The notes: generated by a model not told the origin, from the letters alone. Positions 9,740-20,728 are shown, counted from the first letter of the stretch. The stretch is DNA of 64,000 nt from Thermoplasmatota archaeon (GCA_963818745.1 CAWFTI010000003.1:565876-629875), one strand, 5' to 3'. A program made the numbers and translations.

Positions 9740-11440
9740 ATGGCCACGAATTCCTTCCTCACGCTCACCGAGTCGATCATGGAAGAGATTCTATCATGGA
9801 ACCCCTCATACGCGACCCACCTGGGCGTTCACAAGTACGACCATCTTCTGCCAGACCCCAGCCCTGAATCGTACGAGCACCAGGTCAAGCGCCTCGGGGA
9901 GTTCATCGAGATGATGCAGGGCACGTCGGAGTGCACGATGGCTTCCGAGGAGATACTGGACAGGGACCTCGCCGTGCACCTGTTCGAACTGAGGCTGCAC
10001 GAGATCCTGGCCCTGAGACACCACGAGCGGATGTCGCTCGTCGCAGACGAGATCGGCAGCTCCCTATTCTACCTGTTCGCGAGGGAGCATCTGAAGATCG
10101 AGGACAGGATGGAAAGGATCGCCTCCAGGCTCGATAAGGTCCCGCGGTTCGCGCAGGACTCGATGAGGTGCCTGGTCTCACCGTACCGCCTCTGGAACGA
10201 GGTCTCGCTCCAGACTGGCGCCGCGTTCCCGTCTTTCCTCAGGGTGATCGAGGGGATGGCCTTCGAGAAGCTGGGCGATTGCGACCTGACCAAGCGGCTG
10301 GCCGCAGCGTCCGCGAAGGCCGAGAAGGCGCTGGAGGAGTACGACAGGTGGCTGAAGGAGCAGGTGATGCCCAAGGCGGTCGACAGATACTCCGTCTCTC
10401 GGGAGGCCTTCGACCGATACATGGACCTGAAGCAGCTGGGCGTCACCGCAGAGCAGGCGCTCGAGATCGGCCAGGAATCGATCAAGGTCATCAACCGCAT
10501 GAAGGCAGACCTCGCGCGGAGGATAGTCCCCTCGGGGGATGTGCACGAAGCGATGGAGAAGGTGAAGGCAGACCATCCGACCAACTTCGAGGGAGTCCTG
10601 AAGGCGTACCGCGACTCGATCCGCGCCGCGCGTGAGTTCGTCATAGAGCACGAGATCGCGACCATGCCCATCGGGGAGAAGCTGGTCGTCATCGAGACCC
10701 CCGAGTTCATGAGGCACACCACGCCTTTCGCGGCCCAGATAGAGCCGGGCAAATTCACCACGGACAAGACGGGGCTGTTCCTGGTCACCCCGGACGATTC
10801 GAACCCCGCCCTCCTGAAGGAGCACTCGTACCGGGGGATAGCGAACACCAGCGTCCACGAAGGCTATCCCGGACACCACCTGCAGGGCATCTGCGGGAAC
10901 GAGAACCCGTCCTATGTGCGCGTCTTGAGCGGCGCGACCGACTTCGCGGAGGGCTGGGCGCTGTACTGCGAGGACATGATGCTGTCCCTGGGATACAACG
11001 ACACACCCGAGGGCAGGCTCGCGCAGCTGATCGACCTCAAGTTCAGGGTGGCCCGGGTCGTCGCCGAGGTCAAGCTCTCACGAGGCGAGATGACCGTGGA
11101 CGACGTCGCGGACATGCTCGTGAGGGAATGCTGCATGGAGGAGAGGGCGGCCCACAACGAGGCCGTGTGCTACGCCTACAGCCCCACATACTACATGTCG
11201 TACTACCTCGGCAAACTGAAGCTGATGCAGCTCAAGGACGATGTCGAGAAGGCCATGGGCCGGGAGTTCTCGCTCAGGTTCTTCCACGACACCATGCTCT
11301 ATGCCGGCTGCCTGCCGATCGACTACATGAGGAGGGTCCTCGCGATCAAGCTCAGGGAGGACTACGGGATAGAACTCGGGCCGGCATCGGAGCCGTTCTA
11401 CGAGTACTCCATGCGGAGGATACGCGCGGGGCTCGTCTAG
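9740..11440 (+). CDS. DUF885 family protein (putative metallopeptidase)
   Basis: ATHLGVHKYD, HEGYPGHHLQ, FAEGWALYCE, SYYLGK, FHD motifs. Confidence 0.9.
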   Translation: MATNSFLTLTESIMEEILSWNPSYATHLGVHKYDHLLPDPSPESYEHQVKRLGEFIEMMQGTSECTMASEEILDRDLAVHLFELRLHEILALRHHERMSLVADEIGSSLFYLFAREHLKIEDRMERIASRLDKVPRFAQDSMRCLVSPYRLWNEVSLQTGAAFPSFLRVIEGMAFEKLGDCDLTKRLAAASAKAEKALEEYDRWLKEQVMPKAVDRYSVSREAFDRYMDLKQLGVTAEQALEIGQESIKVINRMKADLARRIVPSGDVHEAMEKVKADHPTNFEGVLKAYRDSIRAAREFVIEHEIATMPIGEKLVVIETPEFMRHTTPFAAQIEPGKFTTDKTGLFLVTPDDSNPALLKEHSYRGIANTSVHEGYPGHHLQGICGNENPSYVRVLSGATDFAEGWALYCEDMMLSLGYNDTPEGRLAQLIDLKFRVARVVAEVKLSRGEMTVDDVADMLVRECCMEERAAHNEAVCYAYSPTYYMSYYLGKLKLMQLKDDVEKAMGREFSLRFFHDTMLYAGCLPIDYMRRVLAIKLREDYGIELGPASEPFYEYSMRRIRAGLV

Positions 11441-14400
11441 CCTTCCTTGTCCAGGATGTCGACCCACTCCTCCTCGCCCAGGGTCTCCTCGGCCTGCCAC
11501 GCGCCGGGCTTGTAGGAGTCCGCCATGAACGACTGGAGCATCGGCTCGACGCCCTTGACGGTCCTGCCGGTGCCGTTCCAGCGCTCGATCCTGCCCTTGT
11601 AGCGCTCCTCGATGTCCCTGAGGAGCATCGTGAGCGACTCGAAAACATCCTTCCGGGGCCATCCGGAGTATATCATCGCGATGTAGGCCGACTGCCCCTT
11701 CTCGATCATGACGTTCTTGTCGCCTATCTCCAGCTTCTTGAGCCCGACCTCTCCCGCCTGGAACGAGTCCTTCACGAACTCCTGCACGGCGGTGAACATC
11801 GCGCTCACGATGTCCTTGTCGATGCTGGTGTTCTCCTGCTTGGTGACATGGGCCATGAGCCTTCCGTCGTTGTGTATCAGGAAGATGTTCTCGAGCGCGT
11901 AGGGCCTCGGGATCCTGCTCGCGAGGAAGTACGCAGCCACGCCCGCGGCCAGCAGGAGCAGCGGGAACGAGTACGGATATCCGATGAGCTCGGCCATGGT
12001 CTTCTTGACGCCCACCTTCGAAGGTCACGACGTTCGATTCGGCGCCGTCCGCGTCCCTCGCATATATCGTCACGGTGATGACGTCCACGCCGGCGGGCAG
12101 GCTGATGTAGAGGTAGTTGCCCACGACGGCCACGCTGGCCCCCGGCTCCGCGACTATGACGAGCTCGGAGAAGGGCGTCTCGCTGTCGGTGAAGTACATG
12201 TCGATCGCGTAGTGAGCGTTCCTCGGTCCTCCGGCGATGATGTGGTCGGGGATCGGCAGAGCGACAGGCGCGTCGTTAACGGGTATTACATACACAGTGA
12301 CCTGCCACGACGCCCACGCCCCGTGCGGGTCGAACACCTTGAACACGACGGCTTCGAACCCTGACCAGTTCGCCAGCGCGGTGAAGTTGACCACGCCCGA
12401 GGAGTAGATGGTCACCTGGATGTTCGTGTTCCCCGAGAAGAAGTAGCTGAACTCTTCGTCGTCCTGGTCGTAGAAGAGGAGGCTCAGGTCGATCGAGTTG
12501 TTCAGGTAGGTGTCCTCGGGGAATGAGACCAGATCGTAGTATGGCACCGGGTCGACCACCGCGGGGGAGTAGTTGTCGCTGACGAGCACCTCGAACTCGT
12601 TCGCGCCGGACGCCCCGAGCGGGTCGCTGACCTCGATCGCCACGGTGACGATGTACGGCTCCGTGAAAACGGCGCCGGTGAGGTTGGCAGGGAACAGGAG
12701 CTCCAGGAATCCGTCGGCGTAGGTGACGTAGGAGCTGCTGAGGTCGAATGCGAGTTCGTCCAAGGTGTGATCCGCATCGGACACGTAGAGCGCGACGTCC
12801 AGATACGTCGCCGTGTCGTACCTGACATGCACGGTCTCGATGTCGGCAACGACAGGCGCGTCGTTCACCGCGATGACGGTCACCACTATCGTGTCCGTCT
12901 TGAGGGCGCCTATCGGGTCGGTGGCCGTGAGGGTGCCCTCGGTCGAGCCCGACCATTCCGTCGGCGCGGATATGTACACCTCGTGGTTTTCGAGTATGTC
13001 GATGACGATGTTGACGAAGCCGTATGTGTAGACGAGGTACTCGCTGTCGATGTCGAAGAAGTAGAGGTCGAGGTCGAACGCGAAGTGGTCGACCTCGCCC
13101 TCGTACAGCGTCACGTCGGGGAGCGACTCATTGAGGGCCGGGGGAGTGTCCTCCGTGACCCTTACCACCGTGTTCAGAGAGTCAGAGTTCGTGCCGTCCA
13201 CGGTCTCGCCCTCGAGCGCATCGGTCAGGGTGAACTCGACTATCTCGAAGTAGGTCTCCTCCTGGGGGTCCTTCGGGAAGATGAAGGTCCCGATGAGCCT
13301 GTCGAAGAAGACGTTGTCCGGGAAGTCGGAGAGCATCCTCAGCTCGTCCCTCGGGTTGTCGACGTCCTTGACATAGTAGTCGTAGTCGAACGTGTAGGCG
13401 GTGTCGAACTTGACGTACAGCTCCGTGGGCGGGCTGTTGACGAACCGCGGCCTGTCGTTCACGGGCTGGATGCTCACGGCGACGTCCTGGTACGTCGAGA
13501 AGCCCTGAGGGTCCCTGACCCACAGGCGGAACTCGTCGTCCCCGAACGCGTCGGGCTGCGTGAGGAACTTCATGAGCGATTCCGAGGTGCTGTCGTGGAT
13601 GACCAGGTAGAGGGATGTGTCGACGCCCTCGACATACCACCTGAGACTCGAGCGTGCCGTTCGCGTGGTGCCAGTATGTCGACAGGCTGAAGGTCCAGTT
13701 GCTGTCCTCGGTCGAGATCTGCATCGGTATCGTGCCAAGCCACGGGCCGTCGAGAGCGTTGATTACCGTGACTGCGAGGGTGTCGCTAATGCTGCCCACG
13801 CGCACCTCGACCGATCCGACCTCTGGGATGTAGCCCGCCGTGTAGACCGCATTCGGGCCGATCCCGGTCACCTGGCCGGAGGTGTTCGTGCTCCAGATCG
13901 CCCCTGGGATGGCCACAGGATTGCCGAGGTTGTCGTACCCGAACGCCTCGAGCTCCTCGCTCTGTCCCTCGCGTATCGTCAGGGGCCCTGCAGGCACTAT
14001 CTCGATGCGCGCTAGGATGCCCGGGTTCACGGTGATCAGTGCGGTGTCCGAAGCGGAGGTCTCGTCGTCTGTGCATGTGATGGCTCCGACGCCGATCCCG
14101 AGCGCGGAGAATGTGATCGTAAGGCCGGACCCTGCTATCGACCCGATGTCCCCCGCGAGGGTCCAGTTGGGGGTCCAGCTGTTGTTCGTGAAGCCGGAGG
14201 AGTCCCTGCCGACCGCGGTGAACTCCTGCGAATCGCCCGAGAATATCACGAGGGACGAAGGAGATATCTCGATGTCGACGACCGGCCCCGCACGGACAGT
14301 GACCGGAGAGCTCCAGCCGAAGTGCGAGTTGCTGCTCGCCCTGATCAGTATCGTCTCCTCGGCGTAGTCGTACATCTGATCCGGTATCAGTCACCTGGCC

Positions 14401-15597
14401 CCCGTCGGAGGCGGTGATGTCCACCGATGTCACGGACAGGGAGCCCGCGCTCGGCGAGACGGCGTCCTCGAGATAAGATGCAAGGGACACGGTCCCGACC
14501 CAGTTCGGTATGACGGCGTCCGAGGCGTCGCGGGCGCTCACGGTCATCGTGAAGGCGGTGTCCACGAGCACGGAGGACGGGGCCGACACTGCGAAGTGGT
14601 CGGCCGTGACCACGTAGATGCTGCAGCTCAGCCAGGTCGGAGAGCCCTGGGGATCGTACGCACGAATGGTGATGTCGTATGTCCCGTTCTCCAGGCCGAC
14701 AAGGAGCGTGCTGAACACGGACCACGCGGGATTGGAGGAAGTGTCCGTCCTGGAAAGCGTCATCGACACTGGCCCGAGGACCACGGTGCTGTTCGAGGAG
14801 TACGCGACCTCGGCGTCCACGCCGACGATCTCGTAGGTCCCGAACGGGTTCGACACGTTGGCGAGCACGGTGACGTCCTCGCCGTCGGAGAACACGCTCC
14901 TCGCGGACCCGGTGGAGTCCTCGGTCCAGACGGCGTCGGCAGAGATGAACGTGGTCGTGGGGAACCGTATGTAGGAATCGTAGATGTTCTGGTCGTACAT
15001 GACCTGCAGGGCGTCGTTCAGGGAGTCGCCCCGCCTGATGGTCATCACGAGCTGGTGGTCCGGATCGAGCAGGTAGTCCACGCCCGCCACGGTCGCGTTG
15101 TAGAGCTTGAACTCGGAGTATATCGGCCCCTGGAGAGGTATCGTGACCGTCCCGATCTCGGTCCACAGAGACGGGTCGGCGAGCTGGCCGGGGGCGCAGT
15201 CGGAGAAGATGACAGTCATGAGGGTCGCGGACTCGTTGTCCCTCGACTTGGCCCAGACGTACGCGCTCATGTCCCCCAGGATCTGGACCTGGGAGTTCAC
15301 CGCGGGGTCGAGCACCCAGAAGTGGCGCCAGTGCTCAGAGGGGTTCCACTTCCTGATCGATATGCCCATCGAACCGTCGCCGTCGTAGTCCGCCCAGGAA
15401 GGGTTGTACGGGCCCGAGGAGTTCAGCCAATCGTAGTAGCTCGTCGAGTAGACCGCGCCCTCGTGGAGGTGGAAGGTCCTGGTCCAGGAGGGCAGCGATT
15501 CGGCAGAAGCATCGTTGGAGAGCAGTCCGGAGGGGGGGACCATGGACGAGGCTAGCATGACGAGTGCGAACAGCGCTGTCAACAGCCTCGCGGCCAT
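11437..15597 (-). CDS. Large cell-surface protein: signal peptide, Ig/cadherin-like (tandem-95) repeats, TM helix and cytoplasmic longin/roadblock-like domain (frameshifts near 14380, 13650, 12020)
   Basis: N-terminal hydrophobic signal; repeated VNDAP/VNDRP and DxD motifs; TM YPYSFPLLLLAAGVAAYFLA; tail IFLIHNDGRLMAH...IVSAMFTAVQEFVKDSF...LEIGDKNVMIEKG. Confidence 0.78.
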
Positions 15598-15759
15598 TGG
15601 AACTCCCTTGGTGTTCTTCGCTATAAGTGCGTTTTCCACCTGAGTCTGCCCCTACGACCTAGTCTCTCGCACACCGTTTATAGCCGATGCTGGGGTTATA
15701 AGCATTCTCAGGTCGTTATCAGTGTTGGGAACGGCCACTGGCGCGTATACTGGCGGGGG

Positions 15760-16302
15760 CTACTTCGAGCCCATCTTGTCGGCTATCGCCACTCCGAGCG
15801 CCTTGAACAGGGGTTCGACGTTCTGGCCGGTCTTCGCGCTCGTCATGAACGCCTTCGACTTGTACTTGGCCGCCAGCTCCTCGATCTCCGCGTCCTTGAC
15901 CACGCGCTCGTTCTCCATGTCCGCCTTGTTCCCCGCGAACACGATCGGGACATCGCCCGCGACATCCGTCAGCGCCTTGATCCAGTACCTCAGCTCTTCC
16001 AGGGACTCCTTGTTGGTGAGGTCGCATACGGCGATCGCCCCGTGCGCGCCGAAGAAGTACGCCTCCCTGAGGAGCTCCCTGAACCCCTTCTGGCCCATGA
16101 TGTCCCAGACGAGCATCATGACCTTGACGTTGGACCCGGGCTCCTGGACCTCCACGATCTTCTTGGTGACCTTGGTACCGATAGTAGCGATGTATCTGTC
16201 ATCGAAAACGTCGAGCACGAACCTCTTGATGAGGCTGGTCTTTCCAACGCCCGCGTCCCCGATAAAGCAAACTTTGACTTTCATCAGGTCGTCTTCATTC
16301 AT
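15760..16302 (-). CDS. Rab/Ras-like small GTPase
   Basis: G1 GDAGVGKT, G2 YIATIG, G3 WDIMGQ, G4 NKAD, G5 TSAK; no C-terminal Cys prenylation motif. Confidence 0.92.
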   Translation of the reverse strand: MNEDDLMKVKVCFIGDAGVGKTSLIKRFVLDVFDDRYIATIGTKVTKKIVEVQEPGSNVKVMMLVWDIMGQKGFRELLREAYFFGAHGAIAVCDLTNKESLEELRYWIKALTDVAGDVPIVFAGNKADMENERVVKDAEIEELAAKYKSKAFMTSAKTGQNVEPLFKALGVAIADKMGSK

Positions 16303-16500
16303 CCAAGTACCCTCCATCTGGGGGCTCGAAAGCTGTTCATTCAGGTAAATACTCGGTGCCTTTTAAGCCTTTGGTACTTGACCTGGCCAGACGGGAGACA
16401 GCCAGCATGCGTTTCCGGGAACGGGCGGAGCCCGGAGTAAGGGGCCAAAGCTATTTACCCCAGATGCGCATAGGAGGTTCACACAGGAGAGTGAAGTATA

Positions 16501-16602
16501 GTGTGCGACGAGCCGGTCGCTGAGCCTCTGGATTTTGATATCCAGAAACTCTTTGACGACGACGTATCAGAAGATCGCTGGCTGGAATTCAAGGACAAGT
16601 AA
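16501..16602 (+). CDS. Putative 33-aa acidic small protein
   Basis: GTG...TAA ORF (MCDEPVAEPLDFDIQKLFDDDVSEDRWLEFKDK) preceded by AGGAG and a TATTTA box near 16452. Confidence 0.35.
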   Translation: MCDEPVAEPLDFDIQKLFDDDVSEDRWLEFKDK

Positions 16603-16719
16603 GGGCCTATGGGTTCCGACAGTTCAAACCTCTTAAGATTCCCGGGTTTTTCGTACTGCAAATGACGGACATTTCGTGCGATGGCTTTTTCATCCGGTAC
16701 GTTCGTCATCCTCCCCGTG

Positions 16720-17496
16720 ATGGAGCCCAAGAAGCTGCTCGAGCGACTGCGGGGATCCGTCCGCGACATCATCGCCGACTCGAAGGAGGTGGCGGTCGCA
16801 TGGTCCGGCGGATTGGACAGCTCCGTGGTCGAGGCGTTGGCGAGGGAGACCGCCGAGGTCACCTGCTACATATGCGCCGTCAGGGGCGCCCACGACTGGA
16901 ACCTGATACAGGACCTGAAGCGGGCCGGTCGTAAGGACACCGAGGTGCTCGAGATCTCCCACGCGGAGATACTGCGCCTGATACCGAGAGCGGCTGACAT
17001 TCTGGACAGCGTCAAGCCGGTCGAGATCGCATACACCATTCCCATCATCCACGTGCTGGACGAGGCGAAGGAGAGATTGATCCTCGCGGGCAGCGGCGCG
17101 GACGAGCTCTTCGGCGGGTACGCGAAGTACGCTTCCGCGGACGACCCTCGAGAGGCGATGCGCGGCGACCTCGACAAGATGCTGAAGGAGGCCGAGAAGC
17201 TCCATAAGGCCGCGCGGTCGATAGGCAAGAGGCTCGGGTTCCCGTTCGTGGCGGAGGACGTGGTCGAACTCGCATCGGTGTTGCCCACGCGCGACCTGCT
17301 CGGCCCGGGCGGGAGGAAGCTGGTGCTGCGCGAGGTGGCGGTCCTGCTCGGCCTGGACGCCCACGACAGGCCCAAGAAGGCCGCGCAGTACAGCTCCGGG
17401 ATCATGAGGGAGATGGAGCGGCTCGCGAAGAAGGATGGCCTGACCATGTCCGAGTGGACGGAGAGGACGGCCAGGGCGAAGCGCGCAACTGATTAA
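16720..17496 (+). CDS. Asparagine synthase C-terminal (PP-loop) domain protein lacking the glutaminase domain
   Basis: SGGLDSS, GSGADELFGGY, RKLVLR, KKAAQYSSG. Confidence 0.85.
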   Translation: MEPKKLLERLRGSVRDIIADSKEVAVAWSGGLDSSVVEALARETAEVTCYICAVRGAHDWNLIQDLKRAGRKDTEVLEISHAEILRLIPRAADILDSVKPVEIAYTIPIIHVLDEAKERLILAGSGADELFGGYAKYASADDPREAMRGDLDKMLKEAEKLHKAARSIGKRLGFPFVAEDVVELASVLPTRDLLGPGGRKLVLREVAVLLGLDAHDRPKKAAQYSSGIMREMERLAKKDGLTMSEWTERTARAKRATD

Positions 17497-17521
17497 TATC
17501 CGGGCGCGTCTGTCCCCAGCC

Positions 17522-18895
17522 ATGGGCTATTCCGACCTCGTCGGCTGGATGTTCAACCTCGAGCGGTTCGGCATCAAGCTCGGCCTCGAGAACATGAGGG
17601 AGTTCTCATCGAGGATCGGGGACCCGCACCTCGATTTCAGGACCGTGCACGTGACGGGCACGAACGGGAAGGGCTCCGTGTGCGCGTTCACCGCGGAGAT
17701 CCTGAGGAAGCACGGGCTCAAGGTCGGGCTGTACACCTCCCCGCACCTGGTGGATTTCAGGGAACGGATCAGGATAAACGGCCAGGACATCCCCGAGAAC
17801 GACGTCGTCCGCCTGGGCGAGGAGCTCAGGGGCGAGATGGAGGAGATGGCCGCGGCTGACCCCGAGAAGCAGCTGACTTTCTTCGAGTTCACGACCGGGC
17901 TGGCGTTCAAGCACTTCAGCGAGAAGGACGTGGACATCGTGGTCACGGAGGTCGGCATGGGCGGGAGGCTCGATGCGACCAACATCATCACGCCAGAGGT
18001 CTCGGCCATCACGCGCATAGGGCTCGAGCACACGAACTACCTCGGACGCACGATCCCGGAGATCGCGAGGGAGAAGGCCGGGATCATCAAGGACGGAGTG
18101 GGGGTGGTCACCTGCGAGAGGGCGCTCGAGGCGCTCTCGGTGATAGAGGGCGCGTGCAGGAAGCGGGGATGCGCGATGAGGAGGCTCGGGAAGGAGTTCG
18201 ACGTCGCCAACATCGCCCGCACCCTGAAGGGGACCACGTTCGACTACCGAGGGACCAGGACCCTCCCGAGGCTGGAGACCAGGCTGCTCGGGGCGTACCA
18301 GGCCGAGAACGCCGCGGCCGCGATCGCGATGGTCGAGGAGCTCGCGACGAAGGACCCGCTGATCTCGGAGGAGGACATCAGGAAAGGACTCGCGGCCACC
18401 AAGTGGCCCGGGAGGCTGGACGTCGTCTCGAAGAAGCCGTTCGTCATGTTCGACGGGAGCCACAACCCGGACGGCGTGGCGGCGACCGTGAAGGAGCTCA
18501 CGACCCTCGGGGTCGTCCCGATGACCTACGTCGTTGCATGCATGGACGACAAAGACGCGAGGGGCATCGTGCGGGCTTTGGCGCCGACGGCGGAGAGGAT
18601 CATAGCGACGCAGGCGATGTACAAGAGGGCGCTGCCGGCCGCCGCCCTGGGAGCCATCGTCAGGGAGGAGTTCTCCGGGAGCAGCGAGGTGGTCACTCCA
18701 TCGGTCAAGGCCCTGGAACTCGGCCTCTCGGACATCCGGGGCAAGGGTCTGTGCGCCATCGGTTCGCTCTACCTCGTCGGCGAGGCGATCCAGTGGTGGA
18801 GGAACAGGAGGAGGACGGGGCCGCCCACAGTCCTCCGCACAAGGTATAAATCGCCCCTGTGTATTGAGCCTCAGCAGCACGCGGTGGTAGTGTAG
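17522..18895 (+). CDS. folC: Folylpolyglutamate synthase/dihydrofolate synthase; true stop probably near 18849 because the called ORF runs into the tRNA
   Basis: HVTGTNGKGS, YTSPHL, EVGMGGRLDATN, WPGR, DGSHN, GSLYLVG. Confidence 0.92.
   Translation: MGYSDLVGWMFNLERFGIKLGLENMREFSSRIGDPHLDFRTVHVTGTNGKGSVCAFTAEILRKHGLKVGLYTSPHLVDFRERIRINGQDIPENDVVRLGEELRGEMEEMAAADPEKQLTFFEFTTGLAFKHFSEKDVDIVVTEVGMGGRLDATNIITPEVSAITRIGLEHTNYLGRTIPEIAREKAGIIKDGVGVVTCERALEALSVIEGACRKRGCAMRRLGKEFDVANIARTLKGTTFDYRGTRTLPRLETRLLGAYQAENAAAAIAMVEELATKDPLISEEDIRKGLAATKWPGRLDVVSKKPFVMFDGSHNPDGVAATVKELTTLGVVPMTYVVACMDDKDARGIVRALAPTAERIIATQAMYKRALPAAALGAIVREEFSGSSEVVTPSVKALELGLSDIRGKGLCAIGSLYLVGEAIQWWRNRRRTGPPTVLRTRYKSPLCIEPQQHAVVV
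18841..18850 (+). promoter_or_regulatory. BRE/TATA box of tRNA-Gly
   Basis: AAGGTATAAA about 30 nt upstream of the tRNA 5' end. Confidence 0.55.
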
Positions 18896-18954
18896 CCTGG
18901 TTATCACTTGAGCTTGCCAAGCTCAAAACTCGGGTTCAAATCCCGACGACCGCA
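18881..18954 (+). tRNA. tRNA-Gly (GCC)
   Basis: Cloverleaf: anticodon arm TGAGC-TTGCCAA-GCTCA, T arm TCGGG-TTCAAAT-CCCGA, discriminator A, CCA not encoded. Confidence 0.95.
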
Positions 18955-19076
18955 CTCCGATTCTCTGCACCTCGGTCCCCCCGAAGGCGCCATCGACTCC
19001 AGGAAGGTTCTCGTATGAGATGCGCGATGTCACTAGGCGATTGCGGACCGCGGGTCCCGCACCCTGGTGATGATCG

Positions 19077-20702
19077 ATGACTGATGACCTGAACGGATGC
19101 ATGCCGGCGATCGAGAAGTACATCGGGCTCTGGATGAGGGCTTACAATGTCCCCGGGCTGTCGGTCGCCATCACCGACAAGAGGAGGCTTCTCAGGGCCT
19201 CGAGCTACGGCTTCTCCAACATCGACTCCAAGAGACGCGTCACCGGGGACACGCTCTTCGAGATAGGCTCCATATCCAAGTCGTTCGCGTGCGCGTGCCT
19301 GATGCAGCTCGCGGACGAAGGCAGGCTGGACCCCAGCGACCCTGTCGAGAGGCACGTACCTTGGCTGCGCCTGAGGTTCAAGGACGAACCGGTCACGCTC
19401 CACCACCTGATGAGCCACACCGGAGGGATCATCCAGGGCACGGAATCCGCGCTCTCAGGGGTCCCCGAGGTCTGGACGCTGAAGGACCTCCAGCCGTCGG
19501 TCCGGCCCGGGACGTACTACCACTACTCGAACGTGGGCTACAAGGTCCTGGGGCTCGTGCTCGAGAGCCTGGAGGGGAAGAGCGGGGCGGAGGTCGTGAA
19601 GGAGCGCGTGCTCGACCCGCTCGGCATGGGCTCGAGCCACACGACGATCACCACGGACCTGAGGAGGCGTTTGGCGACCGGGTACGAGCACACCTACGAC
19701 GACAGGCCGGTCCCGCTGGGCGCGCCCGTCTCGCCCGCGACCTGGATCGAGAGCGAGACGGTGGACGGATCGATCTGCTCGACGCCGAAGGACATGGCGC
19801 GGTACGTGCGCATGCTCCTCAACGGGGGCAAGGCGCCGGGAGGCAGGGTGATCTCCGAGAAAGGCTACCGGCTGATGACCCAGCGTGTGATCGAGACGGA
19901 GGACGGCGACGGAAGGTCGTACTACGGCTACGGGCTGTCGACGCAGGAGCTGGACGGCCGGACATACCTTTCGCACACGGGTGGCATGGTGGGATACCAC
20001 TCGTCGATGATGATGGACCTGGAGGAAGGCGTGGGAGTGTTCGCGACCATCAACGGGCCAGGGGCCCCCTCGATGGTCTCAGCCTACATACTGGGGGCGT
20101 TGCGGGCGCAGCCCGGGGCAGGGGACGACCCGATGCCCGTGGCCTTGCCCGACCCGGCAAAGGTCCCGAACGCGAAGGAGTACTCGGGGACCTTCGGAAG
20201 GAAAGGTAGGAAGCTGGAGTTCACTCCGAAGGGAGAGCGGCTGATGCTGAAGGTCGGCCGGCGCTCCATCGCGCTGGAGCCGAGAGACGAAGGACCAGTT
20301 CTTCGTGGACCACCCGGAGTTCGACATGTTCCTGGTGAGGTTCGCCCGGAAGGAGGGTGTCGTCACGGAGGCGTTCCACGGAACGGAGTGGTATCCAGGA
20401 ACACGCGCACAGGGGATCTGCCGGAGCCGAAGCACCCGAAGGGATGGGAGGCGTTCGCCGGCCACTACAGATCCTACAACCCCTGGACCTCCAACTTCCG
20501 GGTGCTGCTCAGGAGGGGAGAGCTGGTCTTCGTCAATTCGTCCGGTGTGGAGGAAGCGATGAGGCCACTCTCCAAAGGGGAGTTCCAGGTTGGAGACGAC
20601 ACGCGCTCGCCGGAGAGGATCTGGTTCGACATGGTCGTGGACGGCAAGGCGCACCTAGCGGTCTACTCCGGAGGAACCTACTACAGGACCTTCACGCCTT
20701 AG
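19077..20702 (+). CDS. Serine hydrolase, beta-lactamase/S12 peptidase family, with C-terminal accessory domains (2 frameshifts near 20290 and 20400)
   Basis: FEIGSISK (SxxK), LMSHTGG, YHYSN, HTGG. Confidence 0.9.
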   Translation: MTDDLNGCMPAIEKYIGLWMRAYNVPGLSVAITDKRRLLRASSYGFSNIDSKRRVTGDTLFEIGSISKSFACACLMQLADEGRLDPSDPVERHVPWLRLRFKDEPVTLHHLMSHTGGIIQGTESALSGVPEVWTLKDLQPSVRPGTYYHYSNVGYKVLGLVLESLEGKSGAEVVKERVLDPLGMGSSHTTITTDLRRRLATGYEHTYDDRPVPLGAPVSPATWIESETVDGSICSTPKDMARYVRMLLNGGKAPGGRVISEKGYRLMTQRVIETEDGDGRSYYGYGLSTQELDGRTYLSHTGGMVGYHSSMMMDLEEGVGVFATINGPGAPSMVSAYILGALRAQPGAGDDPMPVALPDPAKVPNAKEYSGTFGRKGRKLEFTPKGERLMLKVGRRSIALEPRDEGPVLRGPPGVRHVPGEVRPEGGCRHGGVPRNGVVSRNTRTGDLPEPKHPKGWEAFAGHYRSYNPWTSNFRVLLRRGELVFVNSSGVEEAMRPLSKGEFQVGDDTRSPERIWFDMVVDGKAHLAVYSGGTYYRTFTP

Positions 20703-20728
20703 CGCCTGTCAGACCTCGGATGTCGAGC

